From a virus, in IMG/VR virus record IMGVR_UViG_3300031519_008107, positions 1-64,000 of that record: a DNA stretch of 64,000 bases. One strand, given 5' to 3'. Made by a program: the position numbers and the translations under genes. The notes below the pieces were generated by a model. The model was not told where the DNA came from and did not search any database. It saw nothing but the letters and a program-made list of their open reading frames with translations. Position 1 is the stretch's first letter; every line of letters begins with the position of its first letter. Below are positions 39,047 to 49,373 of the stretch, one piece after another.

Positions 39047-39066
39047 AAATAAGTCAAAGGAAGATT

Positions 39067-41265
39067 ATGTCTGCTCTTAATGAATTAAAAAACTATACGT
39101 TTGTTAGTAAATATGCTCGATGGATTGAAAGTGAAAACCGCAGAGAGACTTGGAAAGAAGCGGTTGATCGTGTGAAAAGTATGATGCATTCTTATTACAA
39201 AGATAAAGATATTTCAGAGCAAATTGATTGGGCTTATGAGTTAATGTTGCAAAAAAAGGTGCTTGGCAGTCAAAGGGCGTTACAATTCGGTGGTGAACCT
39301 ATTTTAAAAAGACATGCTAAAATTTATAATTGCACAAGTTCTCATTGTGATCGTTTAAGGTTTTTCCAAGAGTGCTTCTGGCTTCTGTTATGTGGAAGCG
39401 GGACGGGTTTTAGTGTTCAAAAGCACCATATAGCAAAACTACCTAATTTAATCTCAAAACCTAAAGACACAGATAATGGTGTTAAGTATGTTATCGAAGA
39501 CAGTATTGAAGGTTGGGCAGACGCTTTGGGTGTATTACTAAGTTCTTACTTTAATAAGCCTTCAGAATCAAAATTCGCTACCTATAAAAGTCAATATATC
39601 GTTTTTGATTACAGCAATATTCGTGAGAAAGGCTCTACTCTTTCGTCTGGTGTAGGAAAGGCTCCGGGTTTTGAACCTCTGCAAAATGGGTTAGAAAAAA
39701 TACGATCAATTTTACAAAAGTGTGTAGAAAATGAACAGAAAAAACTTAGACCTATCGATGCTTACGATATTATTATGCACTCAAGTGATGCTGTATTATC
39801 TGGTGGTGTTCGCAGAAGTGCGTCGTTAGCATTATTTAGTGCTGATGATGAAGCAATGGCCAAAGCCAAAACAGGCAACTGGTACATCGATAATCCTCAA
39901 AGAGCAAGAAGTAATAATTCAGCATTGCTAATTAAAAACGAAATATCATACGAACAATTTGAGTCCCTTATGGAGTCTGTTAAAGAGTTTGGTGAGCCCG
40001 GTTTTATCTGGAGCGACTCAACAGAAATGACTTTTAATCCATGCGTTGAGGTAGGCATGTGGCCTGTAGACGAAGAAACTGGTAAGTCTGGATGGCAGGG
40101 TTGTAATCTTTCGACTGTCAATTGTTCATCAGTAACAGATGAAGAAGACTTTTTAGAAAGATGTAAGGCAGCAGCAATGATCGGTACTTTGCAAGCAGGT
40201 TTTACCGATCTAGAATATCTGGGAGATATTAGTAAAAAGATTTTTGATAGAGAAGCATTATTGGGAGTGTCTTTAACAGGTATTATGGAGAAGCACGACT
40301 TGGTGTTAACCGAAAAGGTTTTAAAACAAGGAGCAAAGGTTGCTGTAGATACGAATAAAAAGCTATCTAAAACGATAGGAATTCGTCAAGCAGCTAGAGT
40401 GACATGCTTAAAGCCAGAGGGAACTTCCAGCTCGATGCTAGGAACATCTTCAGGTATCCACCCACACCATGCTAAAAGATACATCAGACATGTGCAAGCT
40501 AATATTTTAGAGCCTCCGTATCAGTATTTTAAAAGCTACAATCCACTAGCATGTGAAAAGTCAGCTTGGTCTGCTAATGATACAGATGAGGTCGTGAAAT
40601 TCCCTATAGAAGTGCCTGACGGTTCTAAATTAAGAAATCAGTTGCCAGCAGTTGATATGCTAACTATTGTAAAAGACACACAAAAGAACTGGGTTCAGTC
40701 TGGGAAGAATAGATCATTATGCACTCAAGAATATCTCAGCCATAATGTTAGTAATACGGTTACAGTTCGTCCAGATGAATGGGCTGATGTTAGTAAGTAT
40801 ATTTATGATAACCGTAAGTTTTTTGCTGGTATAAGTTTAATTCCACAAAGTGGTGATAAAGATTATCGTCAAGCCCCATTTACTACTGTATATACAAGTA
40901 GAGAAATCTCTAAAGAATATGGTGAAGCATCTATTTGGTGTTCTGGTTTAATTGAATTAGGATTGAATGCATTCGATAATAACCTATGGGCTGCTTGTGA
41001 CTATATAACATTAAAACAAGACACAGATGCAGATACTGAAGATAAGAAATTATTTTCAATTAAAATGCAACGATTTGCTAAAAAGTATTTTGATAGCGAT
41101 ATTAAAAGACTTACATATTGTATGAAAGATGTTTATAATTGGAAAATCTATACAGATTTATTTGATAGTTATAGTAAGGTTGATTACACTCAACTGTTAG
41201 AAACAGAGGACAATACGACAGGAATAGAGGAAATTAGCTGTTCAGGAGGCGCCTGTTTGATTTAA
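39067..41265 (+). CDS. nrdJ: class II (adenosylcobalamin-dependent) ribonucleotide reductase
   Basis: YNC, GGVRRSA, R.RSNNS, NPCVE, CNL, KPEGT, HNVS.T, C-terminal CSGGAC. Confidence 0.93.
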   Translation: MSALNELKNYTFVSKYARWIESENRRETWKEAVDRVKSMMHSYYKDKDISEQIDWAYELMLQKKVLGSQRALQFGGEPILKRHAKIYNCTSSHCDRLRFFQECFWLLLCGSGTGFSVQKHHIAKLPNLISKPKDTDNGVKYVIEDSIEGWADALGVLLSSYFNKPSESKFATYKSQYIVFDYSNIREKGSTLSSGVGKAPGFEPLQNGLEKIRSILQKCVENEQKKLRPIDAYDIIMHSSDAVLSGGVRRSASLALFSADDEAMAKAKTGNWYIDNPQRARSNNSALLIKNEISYEQFESLMESVKEFGEPGFIWSDSTEMTFNPCVEVGMWPVDEETGKSGWQGCNLSTVNCSSVTDEEDFLERCKAAAMIGTLQAGFTDLEYLGDISKKIFDREALLGVSLTGIMEKHDLVLTEKVLKQGAKVAVDTNKKLSKTIGIRQAARVTCLKPEGTSSSMLGTSSGIHPHHAKRYIRHVQANILEPPYQYFKSYNPLACEKSAWSANDTDEVVKFPIEVPDGSKLRNQLPAVDMLTIVKDTQKNWVQSGKNRSLCTQEYLSHNVSNTVTVRPDEWADVSKYIYDNRKFFAGISLIPQSGDKDYRQAPFTTVYTSREISKEYGEASIWCSGLIELGLNAFDNNLWAACDYITLKQDTDADTEDKKLFSIKMQRFAKKYFDSDIKRLTYCMKDVYNWKIYTDLFDSYSKVDYTQLLETEDNTTGIEEISCSGGACLI

Positions 41266-41284
41266 CTTTGTTCTGAGGTTTTGA

Positions 41285-42001
41285 ATGAAAAAAAATAGAC
41301 AAAAAACGAAAACAGTTTCTAATATCCAAAAACCCCCGGTGAGAAAGATCTTATGTAAAAATAAACTTAAACCTAAGACTATTCATCAGGCTAGCTACAT
41401 TAGGTCTATGGCTGAAAATGTTATGACATTTTGCCACGGTCCTGCTGGTAGTGGTAAAACACATATTGCAATTGGATTAGCCTTGGAGTACCTTCTTCAA
41501 GACAAAATTGAAAAAATTGTGATTACCAGACCAATTGTGGAAGCTGGTGAAAAGTTAGGTTTTCTTCCGGGAACAGCGGAAGAAAAACTTAATCCATATT
41601 TACTACCTATTTTTGATGAGATAAATCATTTTATTAGCTACTCTGATCTATCATACTTAAAGAACGAAAAGAAAATATCTGTCGTACCTTTAGCTTTGAT
41701 GAGAGGTCGTAGTTTTCATAATAGCTTTATCGTTGCTGACGAATGCCAGAATGCGTCATACGATCAGCTTAAAATGCTTTTGACTAGAATTGGCCATGAC
41801 AGTAAAATGGTATTAACTGGTGATACAACACAATCTGACTTGCAATCGTTTAAACAAGGTGGTTTTATCCATCTTATGGGAATGCTTGAAGGTCTAGATA
41901 AAATATCTATGATGAATCTAGAATGTGCCGATATTATTAGAAATCCTATTATATCATCTATTGTTCATAGAATTAAATATCATGAAGACCAACAATTATA
42001 A
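41285..42001 (+). CDS. phoH: PhoH-like ATPase
   Basis: GPAGSGKT, RP.VEAGE.LGFLPG, MRGRSF, DECQN, GD..QSD. Confidence 0.96.
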   Translation: MKKNRQKTKTVSNIQKPPVRKILCKNKLKPKTIHQASYIRSMAENVMTFCHGPAGSGKTHIAIGLALEYLLQDKIEKIVITRPIVEAGEKLGFLPGTAEEKLNPYLLPIFDEINHFISYSDLSYLKNEKKISVVPLALMRGRSFHNSFIVADECQNASYDQLKMLLTRIGHDSKMVLTGDTTQSDLQSFKQGGFIHLMGMLEGLDKISMMNLECADIIRNPIISSIVHRIKYHEDQQL

Positions 42002-42605
42002 ATGTTTAGTTCTAAATAGTGACTACAGCCCACTAACCATAGTCAGTTGGGAAAAGGCTATGGTGTGGGTTTTTAGAGAACGTGGTAGTAATTCTGTAGA
42101 TATCTTAGACTATCATAGAGATGATTATATCGTAGGAGCAAGTAGGCTTTACCCAATTCCTGCTGTTGCTAAAACAAACTTCTTTTATAAAAAGTTTAAT
42201 CAAAGTGTTAAATTTACTAGAAAGAACCTATTCTTACGAGATAGTTATACTTGTCAATATTGCGGTATCAAAAAAGAATTAAAATATCTAACATACGACC
42301 ACATTATACCAAAAGCACAATGGGGTAAATACCCAAAAGATCAAACAGGAACCAACTGGACAAACGTAGTAACTGCCTGCAAACAATGTAATAGTAAAAA
42401 AGGAGGAAGAACGCCAAAACAAGCTAGTATGCCGCTGCAAAACTTAGCTACAGAACCATCAAATAACGAAAAATACTTGCCTGTAGTGGATCGTATTATT
42501 ACTATATCAGACATTCCAGAAGAATGGATGCTGTACTTACCTAAAAGATATTTAGAACTATGCCAATCTATACATATGTCTGTGAGAAATGTGAACGTAA
42601 AATAG
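41982..42605 (+). CDS. HNH endonuclease (McrA-like)
   Basis: LVLNSDY.PL, RD.Y.CQYCG, T.DHIIP, W.N.V.AC..CN..KG. Confidence 0.9.
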   Translation: MKTNNYKCLVLNSDYSPLTIVSWEKAMVWVFRERGSNSVDILDYHRDDYIVGASRLYPIPAVAKTNFFYKKFNQSVKFTRKNLFLRDSYTCQYCGIKKELKYLTYDHIIPKAQWGKYPKDQTGTNWTNVVTACKQCNSKKGGRTPKQASMPLQNLATEPSNNEKYLPVVDRIITISDIPEEWMLYLPKRYLELCQSIHMSVRNVNVK

Positions 42606-42898
42606 AATTGATTGCTCATCACTCGAAATATCAAAAGACTATTGAATGCGATAAGTGTGGTACAGAATGTCAGAGATCGCTACAGGATGATTTACCTTCA
42701 GGATTTGTTACATTATCAGATGGCGAATTAAAGCTAGGACATCTAGCCAAGAGAAATTCTGAAAAATTTAGTGATGACTATAAAGCACAGTTAAAACGAA
42801 AGCATTATGATTATCAAGAACCAATTTCTCCTAAAGAGTTGCCTAAAGGCATGACGAGAATACCCAAACAACCAAAGATTAAATGGACAAAGGATTAA
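42560..42898 (+). CDS. FmdB-family zinc-ribbon protein
   Basis: MPIY.Y.CxxC...CxxCG. Confidence 0.8.
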   Translation: MPIYTYVCEKCERKIELIAHHSKYQKTIECDKCGTECQRSLQDDLPSGFVTLSDGELKLGHLAKRNSEKFSDDYKAQLKRKHYDYQEPISPKELPKGMTRIPKQPKIKWTKD

Positions 42899-42899
42899 A

Positions 42900-43274
42900 A
42901 TGGAAAGCTTTAGAGTTAAAAAAGAAATGCCTAATTACACAAGTGCATACTATACTGTTATTGGTAATCACGATTATTTAGATGATAATAGCAATCCAAT
43001 GCTTAATGATTTAGATGATGGCAAAGTAATGGCGGAGAAAATTATTTACAATGATGGCAGGGAAGCTTTTTACGTTAAAGTTGGAACATATGGTAAATTA
43101 TATAATCCTATAGGTATGTTTTCAGAAGGTCGTATCAAAAAGTATATGGCTAAGTTTGGTAAAAAAGAGTGGACACTTAAAAAAGTAAACCCAAAAGTAT
43201 TCGAATATTATGTGTCATTTTTAAGAACAAAGAATTTAGCATGGTTTAACAACGCAGAAAGGGAAATGGAATGA
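42900..43274 (+). CDS. hypothetical protein
   Basis: 124 aa, AAGGA RBS. Confidence 0.7.
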   Translation: MESFRVKKEMPNYTSAYYTVIGNHDYLDDNSNPMLNDLDDGKVMAEKIIYNDGREAFYVKVGTYGKLYNPIGMFSEGRIKKYMAKFGKKEWTLKKVNPKVFEYYVSFLRTKNLAWFNNAEREME

Positions 43275-43594
43275 AAAAATTATCTCGTGTAAAGGAATAT
43301 GCAGCTAGGTATCTGCATAAGGACTGCTCGATGTCTTTCAAAGAAATAGCTAAAGAGCTAGCAGTTACAGAAGAAACTGTTAAAAATACTTTAGAAATTG
43401 AAACGAAGGAATCACCTTTAAAAACAGTTACATCTAAGACCTCAGATTTTATTAATGAAACGTCTATGAAGGGAACTCAAAGTGTCATGATTATGACAGA
43501 AGGAGCATCTCAGCAATTAGACGGAATTTCAGAAACACATAGATCAGCACCAAACACAAAATACGAAAATGTCATCAGAAAAGCCCGCGAATAA
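43271..43594 (+). CDS. hypothetical protein with N-terminal HTH
   Basis: SFKEIAKELAVTEETV. Confidence 0.6.
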   Translation: MKKLSRVKEYAARYLHKDCSMSFKEIAKELAVTEETVKNTLEIETKESPLKTVTSKTSDFINETSMKGTQSVMIMTEGASQQLDGISETHRSAPNTKYENVIRKARE

Positions 43595-44003
43595 ATATTT
43601 GTCAAAATATTCTAATGGTAAAGAGGTTTCCGATGCACAATATATTACAGAAATAATATGTGAGCATAAGGCCCTTTTAGAGAAAAAAGATTTACACTAT
43701 AAGTTCTGGCAAAATAAAGAATGGTCAAAATTTTATAGGGATCAAATATCATCATCACATAAACTGCTTAAAAAGTATAGTGCAAAATCCATTATAGCAG
43801 CTTTAAAAGATGAAAAATCTAAAAGAATTTTCTCTCTAAGGGCTCCTTCTTTACCTCCCTTAATTAAAAAACATGAACAGCTAATTAGTTCGCAGAATAC
43901 AGAATTAAAACTAAAAATAGAAAGAAAAGAAAATTCGACTTATCGAAAGAACGACAACAAAGGTATACTATCGAAATTAGAGGATTTAGATAATGAGCGT
44001 TAA
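43569..44003 (+). CDS. hypothetical protein
   Basis: 144-aa coupled ORF. Confidence 0.7.
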   Translation: MSSEKPANKYLSKYSNGKEVSDAQYITEIICEHKALLEKKDLHYKFWQNKEWSKFYRDQISSSHKLLKKYSAKSIIAALKDEKSKRIFSLRAPSLPPLIKKHEQLISSQNTELKLKIERKENSTYRKNDNKGILSKLEDLDNER

Positions 44004-45006
44004 AGAAGAGGTGAACAAGAGTTTTGGTGATGGTATTGTATTATCAGCAAACGCAGTTCTAGATACTAAACTTTTAAATGTTCCTGTGGGGCCATCTCTA
44101 GATATTGTTTTAAATGGTGGTGTTCCAGAAGGTAGCTTTGTTATATTCACGGGACAGCCTAAATGTGGAAAGACCACAACCTCTTTATACTTAGCAGCTA
44201 ATGCTCAAAAACCAGAGTATGCTTATGGGTCATTTAAAGACGGCAGGGAAGTCTATTATCTTAATATTGAGGGCAGATTAAAGAAAAGAGATTTAGAAGG
44301 TATTCCCCATATTAATAAAGATAAATTTCATATTATTGGTTCGCAACAAGGTAAAATTCTACATGCTGAAGAATATTTACAAATTGCTGAAAAAATTATT
44401 AATCAAGTTCCCGGATCTGTTGTAATCATTGATTCATATTCAGCCCTATGTACAGAAGCCGAAATTACATCCGATATGAGTAAAATGCAAAGAGCAGATG
44501 GCGCAAAGCTGTTAGCTAAATTTTGCAGAAAAGTGGCTAACGTTATCCCCGTTAATAAGAATATTGTAATTGGTATTACTCACCTAATGGGTAATCCTAC
44601 AGGATACGGTGCTGAATTTAAAGAAAAGTCTGGTCAAGCAGTAGCTTATCAAACAGATATCAAATTACGGGCTAAAAGATTTACTCCGTGGTTAGTAGGA
44701 AAAGATAACACTCAAATAGGTCAAGAAGTAGAATGGCAAGTCATAACTTCTGCTCTAGGCTCTCCCGGAGGTAATATCAAAAGCTATATAAGATATGGAA
44801 CAGGTATTGATAAACACATGGAGTTATTTAATCTTGCTGTGGATATCGGTATAGTAGCTAAAGGTGGTGCTTGGTATACGTTTACATGCTTACCTGATAG
44901 CCCTAAATTCCAAGGTGCTGAAAAAGCTAGAGACTTTTTAGTCTCTCAACCAGAATTATATGATAGTTTGTGGAAAGAAGTTAAAGACACTATGGGACTC
45001 AAATGA
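43993..45006 (+). CDS. recA: RecA/UvsX-like recombinase
   Basis: GG.PEG, GQPKCGKTT, IIDS..AL, G.WY, KFQG. Confidence 0.9.
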   Translation: MSVKEEVNKSFGDGIVLSANAVLDTKLLNVPVGPSLDIVLNGGVPEGSFVIFTGQPKCGKTTTSLYLAANAQKPEYAYGSFKDGREVYYLNIEGRLKKRDLEGIPHINKDKFHIIGSQQGKILHAEEYLQIAEKIINQVPGSVVIIDSYSALCTEAEITSDMSKMQRADGAKLLAKFCRKVANVIPVNKNIVIGITHLMGNPTGYGAEFKEKSGQAVAYQTDIKLRAKRFTPWLVGKDNTQIGQEVEWQVITSALGSPGGNIKSYIRYGTGIDKHMELFNLAVDIGIVAKGGAWYTFTCLPDSPKFQGAEKARDFLVSQPELYDSLWKEVKDTMGLK

Positions 45007-45410
45007 ATGTTACTGACTTAAATGGTAATATAAACAAATGGCATTTGTCTGGTTATATAGCTAAGGGGTCTATGACAAAAAAATCTAGCTTGCATTTGAA
45101 AGCTAGACAGCTTATTAAAGATTGTCATCCTACACTACAGATTTTAGAAGAAGTGCCGATAAAACCCAGACGCTCAGAGACATTATACTTAGACTTTTAT
45201 CTACCTTTAATTAAAACATGTGTAGAAGTTCATGGAGAACAACACTATAAGTTTGTTGCTTTTTATCATACTAATAAATTAAGTTTTTTTAAACATAAAA
45301 AGAGAGATCAAGAAAAAAAAGATTGGTGCGAACTCAATGACATATCTATTATAGAATTGTCATATGAAGAAGAATTAGAAGAATGGAAGAGAAAAATCAA
45401 TGATACATAG
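45003..45410 (+). CDS. PD-(D/E)XK (DUF559-like) endonuclease
   Basis: EEV, LDFYLP, VEVHGEQHY, RD..K..WC..N.I. Confidence 0.8.
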   Translation: MNVTDLNGNINKWHLSGYIAKGSMTKKSSLHLKARQLIKDCHPTLQILEEVPIKPRRSETLYLDFYLPLIKTCVEVHGEQHYKFVAFYHTNKLSFFKHKKRDQEKKDWCELNDISIIELSYEEELEEWKRKINDT

Positions 45411-45900
45411 TCCTAGCACTGCTAAAGAAGAACTTCATAATTGGGATAATCTTTTAGATGAATATGAACATAGCGTAGGCTTACCATTATATCATGCAAA
45501 AGGATTAAATGAAACAGATCTACAACAGTATTTAATTATGAATAGAAATCAATTAGAAAAATTAGGCCCTCAAGAATGTGCAGAGATAGCATATATATTA
45601 GGTCAGTTTTCTTTTCATACTCAAAGAACAGCAAACAGAGAAACAGCTAGATTTAATTGGGCTGATGAAACTATTAAAGAAGTTATTGCTGATGAAATTA
45701 ATAATTACAAAGGCTATGGCTACGTAGAAAAATCTATGCAAGCAATTAAGCATAATGAGAAAGCTAACAAGCTTAATAAAATTAAAAAATACGCAAAACA
45801 AAGAGTAGACAGATTGTGTTATCTATCTAATAGTATTAAAAACCTTTCAGATATTTTATTATCAATTCAAAGAGCAAAGATGGTGAAACAAAATGGATGA
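45400..45900 (+). CDS. helical protein, possible UvsY-like recombination mediator
   Basis: Coiled-coil character, position after recA. Confidence 0.45.
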   Translation: MIHSPSTAKEELHNWDNLLDEYEHSVGLPLYHAKGLNETDLQQYLIMNRNQLEKLGPQECAEIAYILGQFSFHTQRTANRETARFNWADETIKEVIADEINNYKGYGYVEKSMQAIKHNEKANKLNKIKKYAKQRVDRLCYLSNSIKNLSDILLSIQRAKMVKQNG

Positions 45901-46222
45901 TCTTAATCAGTTAAGCGATGAGCAATTAGACGTTATGATTCAAATGTTACAAAAAACTTTGAGTTCTAGAAGCACTGAAAAAAAACCAGCGGACGAACGT
46001 CCAAACAAGTTTTTAGAAATGGCTGAGTTCTCAATGCATAAGGCTGACTCTATTATAGATAAGAAGTTGGCTGTTCAACCTCTGACTCCTAGAACTAGAA
46101 AGTTCACTACTATAAAAGTTAGATGCAGAGTTTGTGGTAAGGAAGAAGAGATAAATCCAGCGTTATTGGCTTCAGAAAAGCAAAGATATAAGTGTAACAC
46201 ATGTTCATCGATTGCGGGTTAG
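45893..46222 (+). CDS. zinc-ribbon protein
   Basis: CRVCG...YKCNTC. Confidence 0.65.
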   Translation: MDDLNQLSDEQLDVMIQMLQKTLSSRSTEKKPADERPNKFLEMAEFSMHKADSIIDKKLAVQPLTPRTRKFTTIKVRCRVCGKEEEINPALLASEKQRYKCNTCSSIAG

Positions 46223-46223
46223 A

Positions 46224-47681
46224 ATGAAACTTTCAGATAGTGCAGCGGAACGAGCCGTTTTGTCGGGTATCTTCAATTATGGGGAAGATGTCTATTTTGA
46301 TATTTGCGACTTGGTGCAAGAACAATCTTTCACGATAGACAGCAATGTTTATCTGTATAAATGTTTTAGGCACATTTTTACTAATAATCAAAATCCTAAG
46401 CTAGATGTAGCTTTAGTATTATCAGCGGCAGAAGAACTGTCTTTGTCTAAGATATTAACTACAAAAGAAGAAATACAACATCTTCAGGCTATCATTAATT
46501 TCCCTGTAGATAAAGGCAATCTTAGAAAATTTGCGTCTAAGATTAAGAAGTTAGAGATCGCTAGATTATTACAACAACAACTCGAAGAAGCGAAAGATAA
46601 AGTTCTTAAAATCAGCGGTAATGAATCTATTGGAAATATCGTAGGTATTGCTGAAGACATTATCTTTAATTTTACATCAATGTTAAACGACACTGAGGAC
46701 GCTCCTACAGAACTTGGTAAAAATATTGAAGATTACATTAAAGATATTATAGAAAACCCTATAGATCAGATAGGTATTCCTACAGGCTTTCCCGTATATG
46801 ATAAATCTATTGGTGGCGGCTTAAGAAAAAGCACTGTCAACGTAATTGCAGCAAGACCTAAAACCGGTAAAACTTTATTGGCAGATAATATGAGTTACAA
46901 TATTGCTGCTCACTGTGATGTTCCAGTACTTAATCTAGATACAGAAATGACTAGAGAAGACCATATAAATAGAACATTAGCTATGATGACTGATGTAGAA
47001 ATTAACGAAATAGAAACAGGTAAATTTTCTCAATCTCCCACTAAAACAGATAAGATCACAAAATCTGTAGGTAAATTAAAAAACCTTAAAATTTTCCACA
47101 AGTCTATAGCAGGCAAACCTTTTGAAGATCAGTTGTCTTTAGTTCGTCGATGGTTAATTAAAGATGTGGGATTGAATGAGGACGGCACGGCTAAAGACTG
47201 CGTTATATTTTATGATTATTTAAAACTGATGGATAGTCAAGGTATGAGTCAAGATATGAAAGAATATCAAGTTCTTGGTTTTATGATGACTCAATTACAT
47301 AATTTTGCTACGAAATATAAAGTACCTGTTGTAGCTTTTGTTCAGTTGAATAGGGATGGTATTACTAAAGAAACCACAGATACCGCTAGTGGTTCTGATA
47401 GAATTATATGGCTCTGTAGTAACTTTACTATTTTTAAAAGAAAAACAGATGAAGAGATAGCAGAGGATGGTCCTGCTGCTGGGAATAGAAAATTACTGCC
47501 TGTAATCAGTAGACATGGTGGTGGCTTAGACGATAATGATTACATTAACTGTCACATGGAAGGACAGTTTGCTAAAATTAAAGAAGGTAAAACCAGATTG
47601 GAGTTAATGAAATCTGATGACAGCAGCAACGACATACAGGAGTACATTGGTGACAACCAAGAAGAGATTCCCTTCGGTTGA
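46224..47681 (+). CDS. dnaB: replicative helicase DnaB
   Basis: AERAVL, GIPTGF, AARPKTGKT, EM, DYLKLM, QLNR. Confidence 0.95.
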   Translation: MKLSDSAAERAVLSGIFNYGEDVYFDICDLVQEQSFTIDSNVYLYKCFRHIFTNNQNPKLDVALVLSAAEELSLSKILTTKEEIQHLQAIINFPVDKGNLRKFASKIKKLEIARLLQQQLEEAKDKVLKISGNESIGNIVGIAEDIIFNFTSMLNDTEDAPTELGKNIEDYIKDIIENPIDQIGIPTGFPVYDKSIGGGLRKSTVNVIAARPKTGKTLLADNMSYNIAAHCDVPVLNLDTEMTREDHINRTLAMMTDVEINEIETGKFSQSPTKTDKITKSVGKLKNLKIFHKSIAGKPFEDQLSLVRRWLIKDVGLNEDGTAKDCVIFYDYLKLMDSQGMSQDMKEYQVLGFMMTQLHNFATKYKVPVVAFVQLNRDGITKETTDTASGSDRIIWLCSNFTIFKRKTDEEIAEDGPAAGNRKLLPVISRHGGGLDDNDYINCHMEGQFAKIKEGKTRLELMKSDDSSNDIQEYIGDNQEEIPFG

Positions 47682-48804
47682 TCAAAACAAACTGAAAGTT
47701 TTGTGTGATGTCTTATGTGACAAAATTACAGACTTATTAGACTATTTTGATATAGACTATAAAGAAAATGGCAAGATGATCACAATGGCTTGCCCTATTC
47801 ATGATGGCGATAATACATCTGCTATTAATATTTATCATGAAGGAGACATGTATAGAGGTAATTGGAAGTGTAGAACGCATAATTGTGAAGAATGTTTTAA
47901 AGGTTCTATCATTGGATTTATCAGAGGTGTGCTATCAAACAGACAAAAGAACTGGATGAAGCCCGGTGATGAAATGGTGTCTTTCAAAGAGGTTCTAGAT
48001 TTCTGCACCAAGTTTACAAACCAGACACTAGAAGATATTAAGATAAATGAAGTTCATACCAATAAGAAAAACTTTACAAATGTTATTAACAATATCTCTA
48101 ACAAACAAGAAAAACATTTAACATACATTAGCCGTAAACAAATTAGATCATCACTAAAAATACCTTCTAAATATTATATTGACCGTGGTTATTCGTCAGG
48201 AATCTTAGATAAATATGATGTCGGGAACTGTACTAGACCTAAAAGAGAAATGTCTGGCAGGATAGTTGTTCCAATTTATAATCCAGAATACAACAATATG
48301 ATTGGGTGTTCTGGTAGAAGTGCTTATAATAAGTGCGACAAATGTGGAGGATTCCATGACCCATTGAAGGATTGCCCATCTGCTGAAAATTTATGGAAAT
48401 ATTCAAAATGGAAACATAACTCTGGATTTAAAGCTCAAGATCATTTATATAATTTTTGGTTTGCGAAAGAAAATATTATTAAGTCATCTTTTGCTATTAT
48501 ACTAGAAAGTCCCGGCAATGTTTGGAAATTAGAAGAAAATGGTATACATAATAGTGTAGCTATTTTTGGAACTAATTTAAGTGCTAGACAAAAACTATTA
48601 CTAGATAGCTCTGGTGCTATGAGTTTAATTATAATTATGGATAATGATGAAGCTGGTCAAAGAGCAGCACAAAAGATTATAGAGAAATGCGACAGAACAT
48701 ATAACACGTATTCTTTAAAAATTAATCAAAACGACATTGGGGATATGTCTCCTGACGAAATACAGAATCAAATAGTTCATAAAATAAAGGGATTGCCTAT
48801 ATGA
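47650..48804 (+). CDS. dnaG: DNA primase (zinc-binding domain + TOPRIM)
   Basis: CPIH..D...WKC.THNC, RIVVPI, ESP, MDNDEAG; GTG 47650 follows AGGAG (alternative ATG 47617). Confidence 0.9.
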   Translation: MTTKKRFPSVDQNKLKVLCDVLCDKITDLLDYFDIDYKENGKMITMACPIHDGDNTSAINIYHEGDMYRGNWKCRTHNCEECFKGSIIGFIRGVLSNRQKNWMKPGDEMVSFKEVLDFCTKFTNQTLEDIKINEVHTNKKNFTNVINNISNKQEKHLTYISRKQIRSSLKIPSKYYIDRGYSSGILDKYDVGNCTRPKREMSGRIVVPIYNPEYNNMIGCSGRSAYNKCDKCGGFHDPLKDCPSAENLWKYSKWKHNSGFKAQDHLYNFWFAKENIIKSSFAIILESPGNVWKLEENGIHNSVAIFGTNLSARQKLLLDSSGAMSLIIIMDNDEAGQRAAQKIIEKCDRTYNTYSLKINQNDIGDMSPDEIQNQIVHKIKGLPI

Positions 48805-49373
48805 TTATTGCTTTTGCTGGAAGAAAACAATCTGGTAAGACCACCTCCTGTGAATTTGTTCAAAGCCTATTCGCAAACAAAGAAATAAAAACATACAACT
48901 TTGCAGATCCTCTGAAACAATTATGTTTAGATGTTTTAGGACTAAAGTATGAACAGTGTTATGGAACAGACGATAACAAAAACGAATTTGTAGACTGTTA
49001 TTACAATAAACAACAAATGACTGCTAGAGAAGTTCTACAATACGTTGGCACAGATATATTTAGAACTATGCAGCACAATGTTTGGTCATCAGCGACTATT
49101 CGATTGATACAAAAAGACAAGCCGGATATTGCTTTAGTAGCTGATTGTCGATTCCCGAACGAGGTTGAGGCTGTTAAAAATGCTGGTGGTATAGTAGTAA
49201 AACTTAATAGAAACCTTTATGAGTCTACACATGCAAGCGAAACGGCTCTAGATGACAACAACTATGACCAATCTAATTTCGATCTAGTGATTGCTAACCT
49301 TGAGGGAAGCATTGAAGAAAAGAATAATATCATTAAAAACTTTCTAGCACACAAAGGAATATTACAATTATAA
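48801..49373 (+). CDS. deoxynucleoside monophosphate kinase
   Basis: GRKQSGKT, FADPLK, RE.LQ..GT, DCRFPNE, HASE. Confidence 0.9.
   Translation: MIIAFAGRKQSGKTTSCEFVQSLFANKEIKTYNFADPLKQLCLDVLGLKYEQCYGTDDNKNEFVDCYYNKQQMTAREVLQYVGTDIFRTMQHNVWSSATIRLIQKDKPDIALVADCRFPNEVEAVKNAGGIVVKLNRNLYESTHASETALDDNNYDQSNFDLVIANLEGSIEEKNNIIKNFLAHKGILQL

Noticed and set aside
38920-39066. Cobalamin riboswitch or NrdR box upstream of nrdJ
   Set aside because: B12-box hallmarks (GGGAA, GCCACTG) and an NrdR-type palindrome are not visible; only the hairpin and uORF are supported
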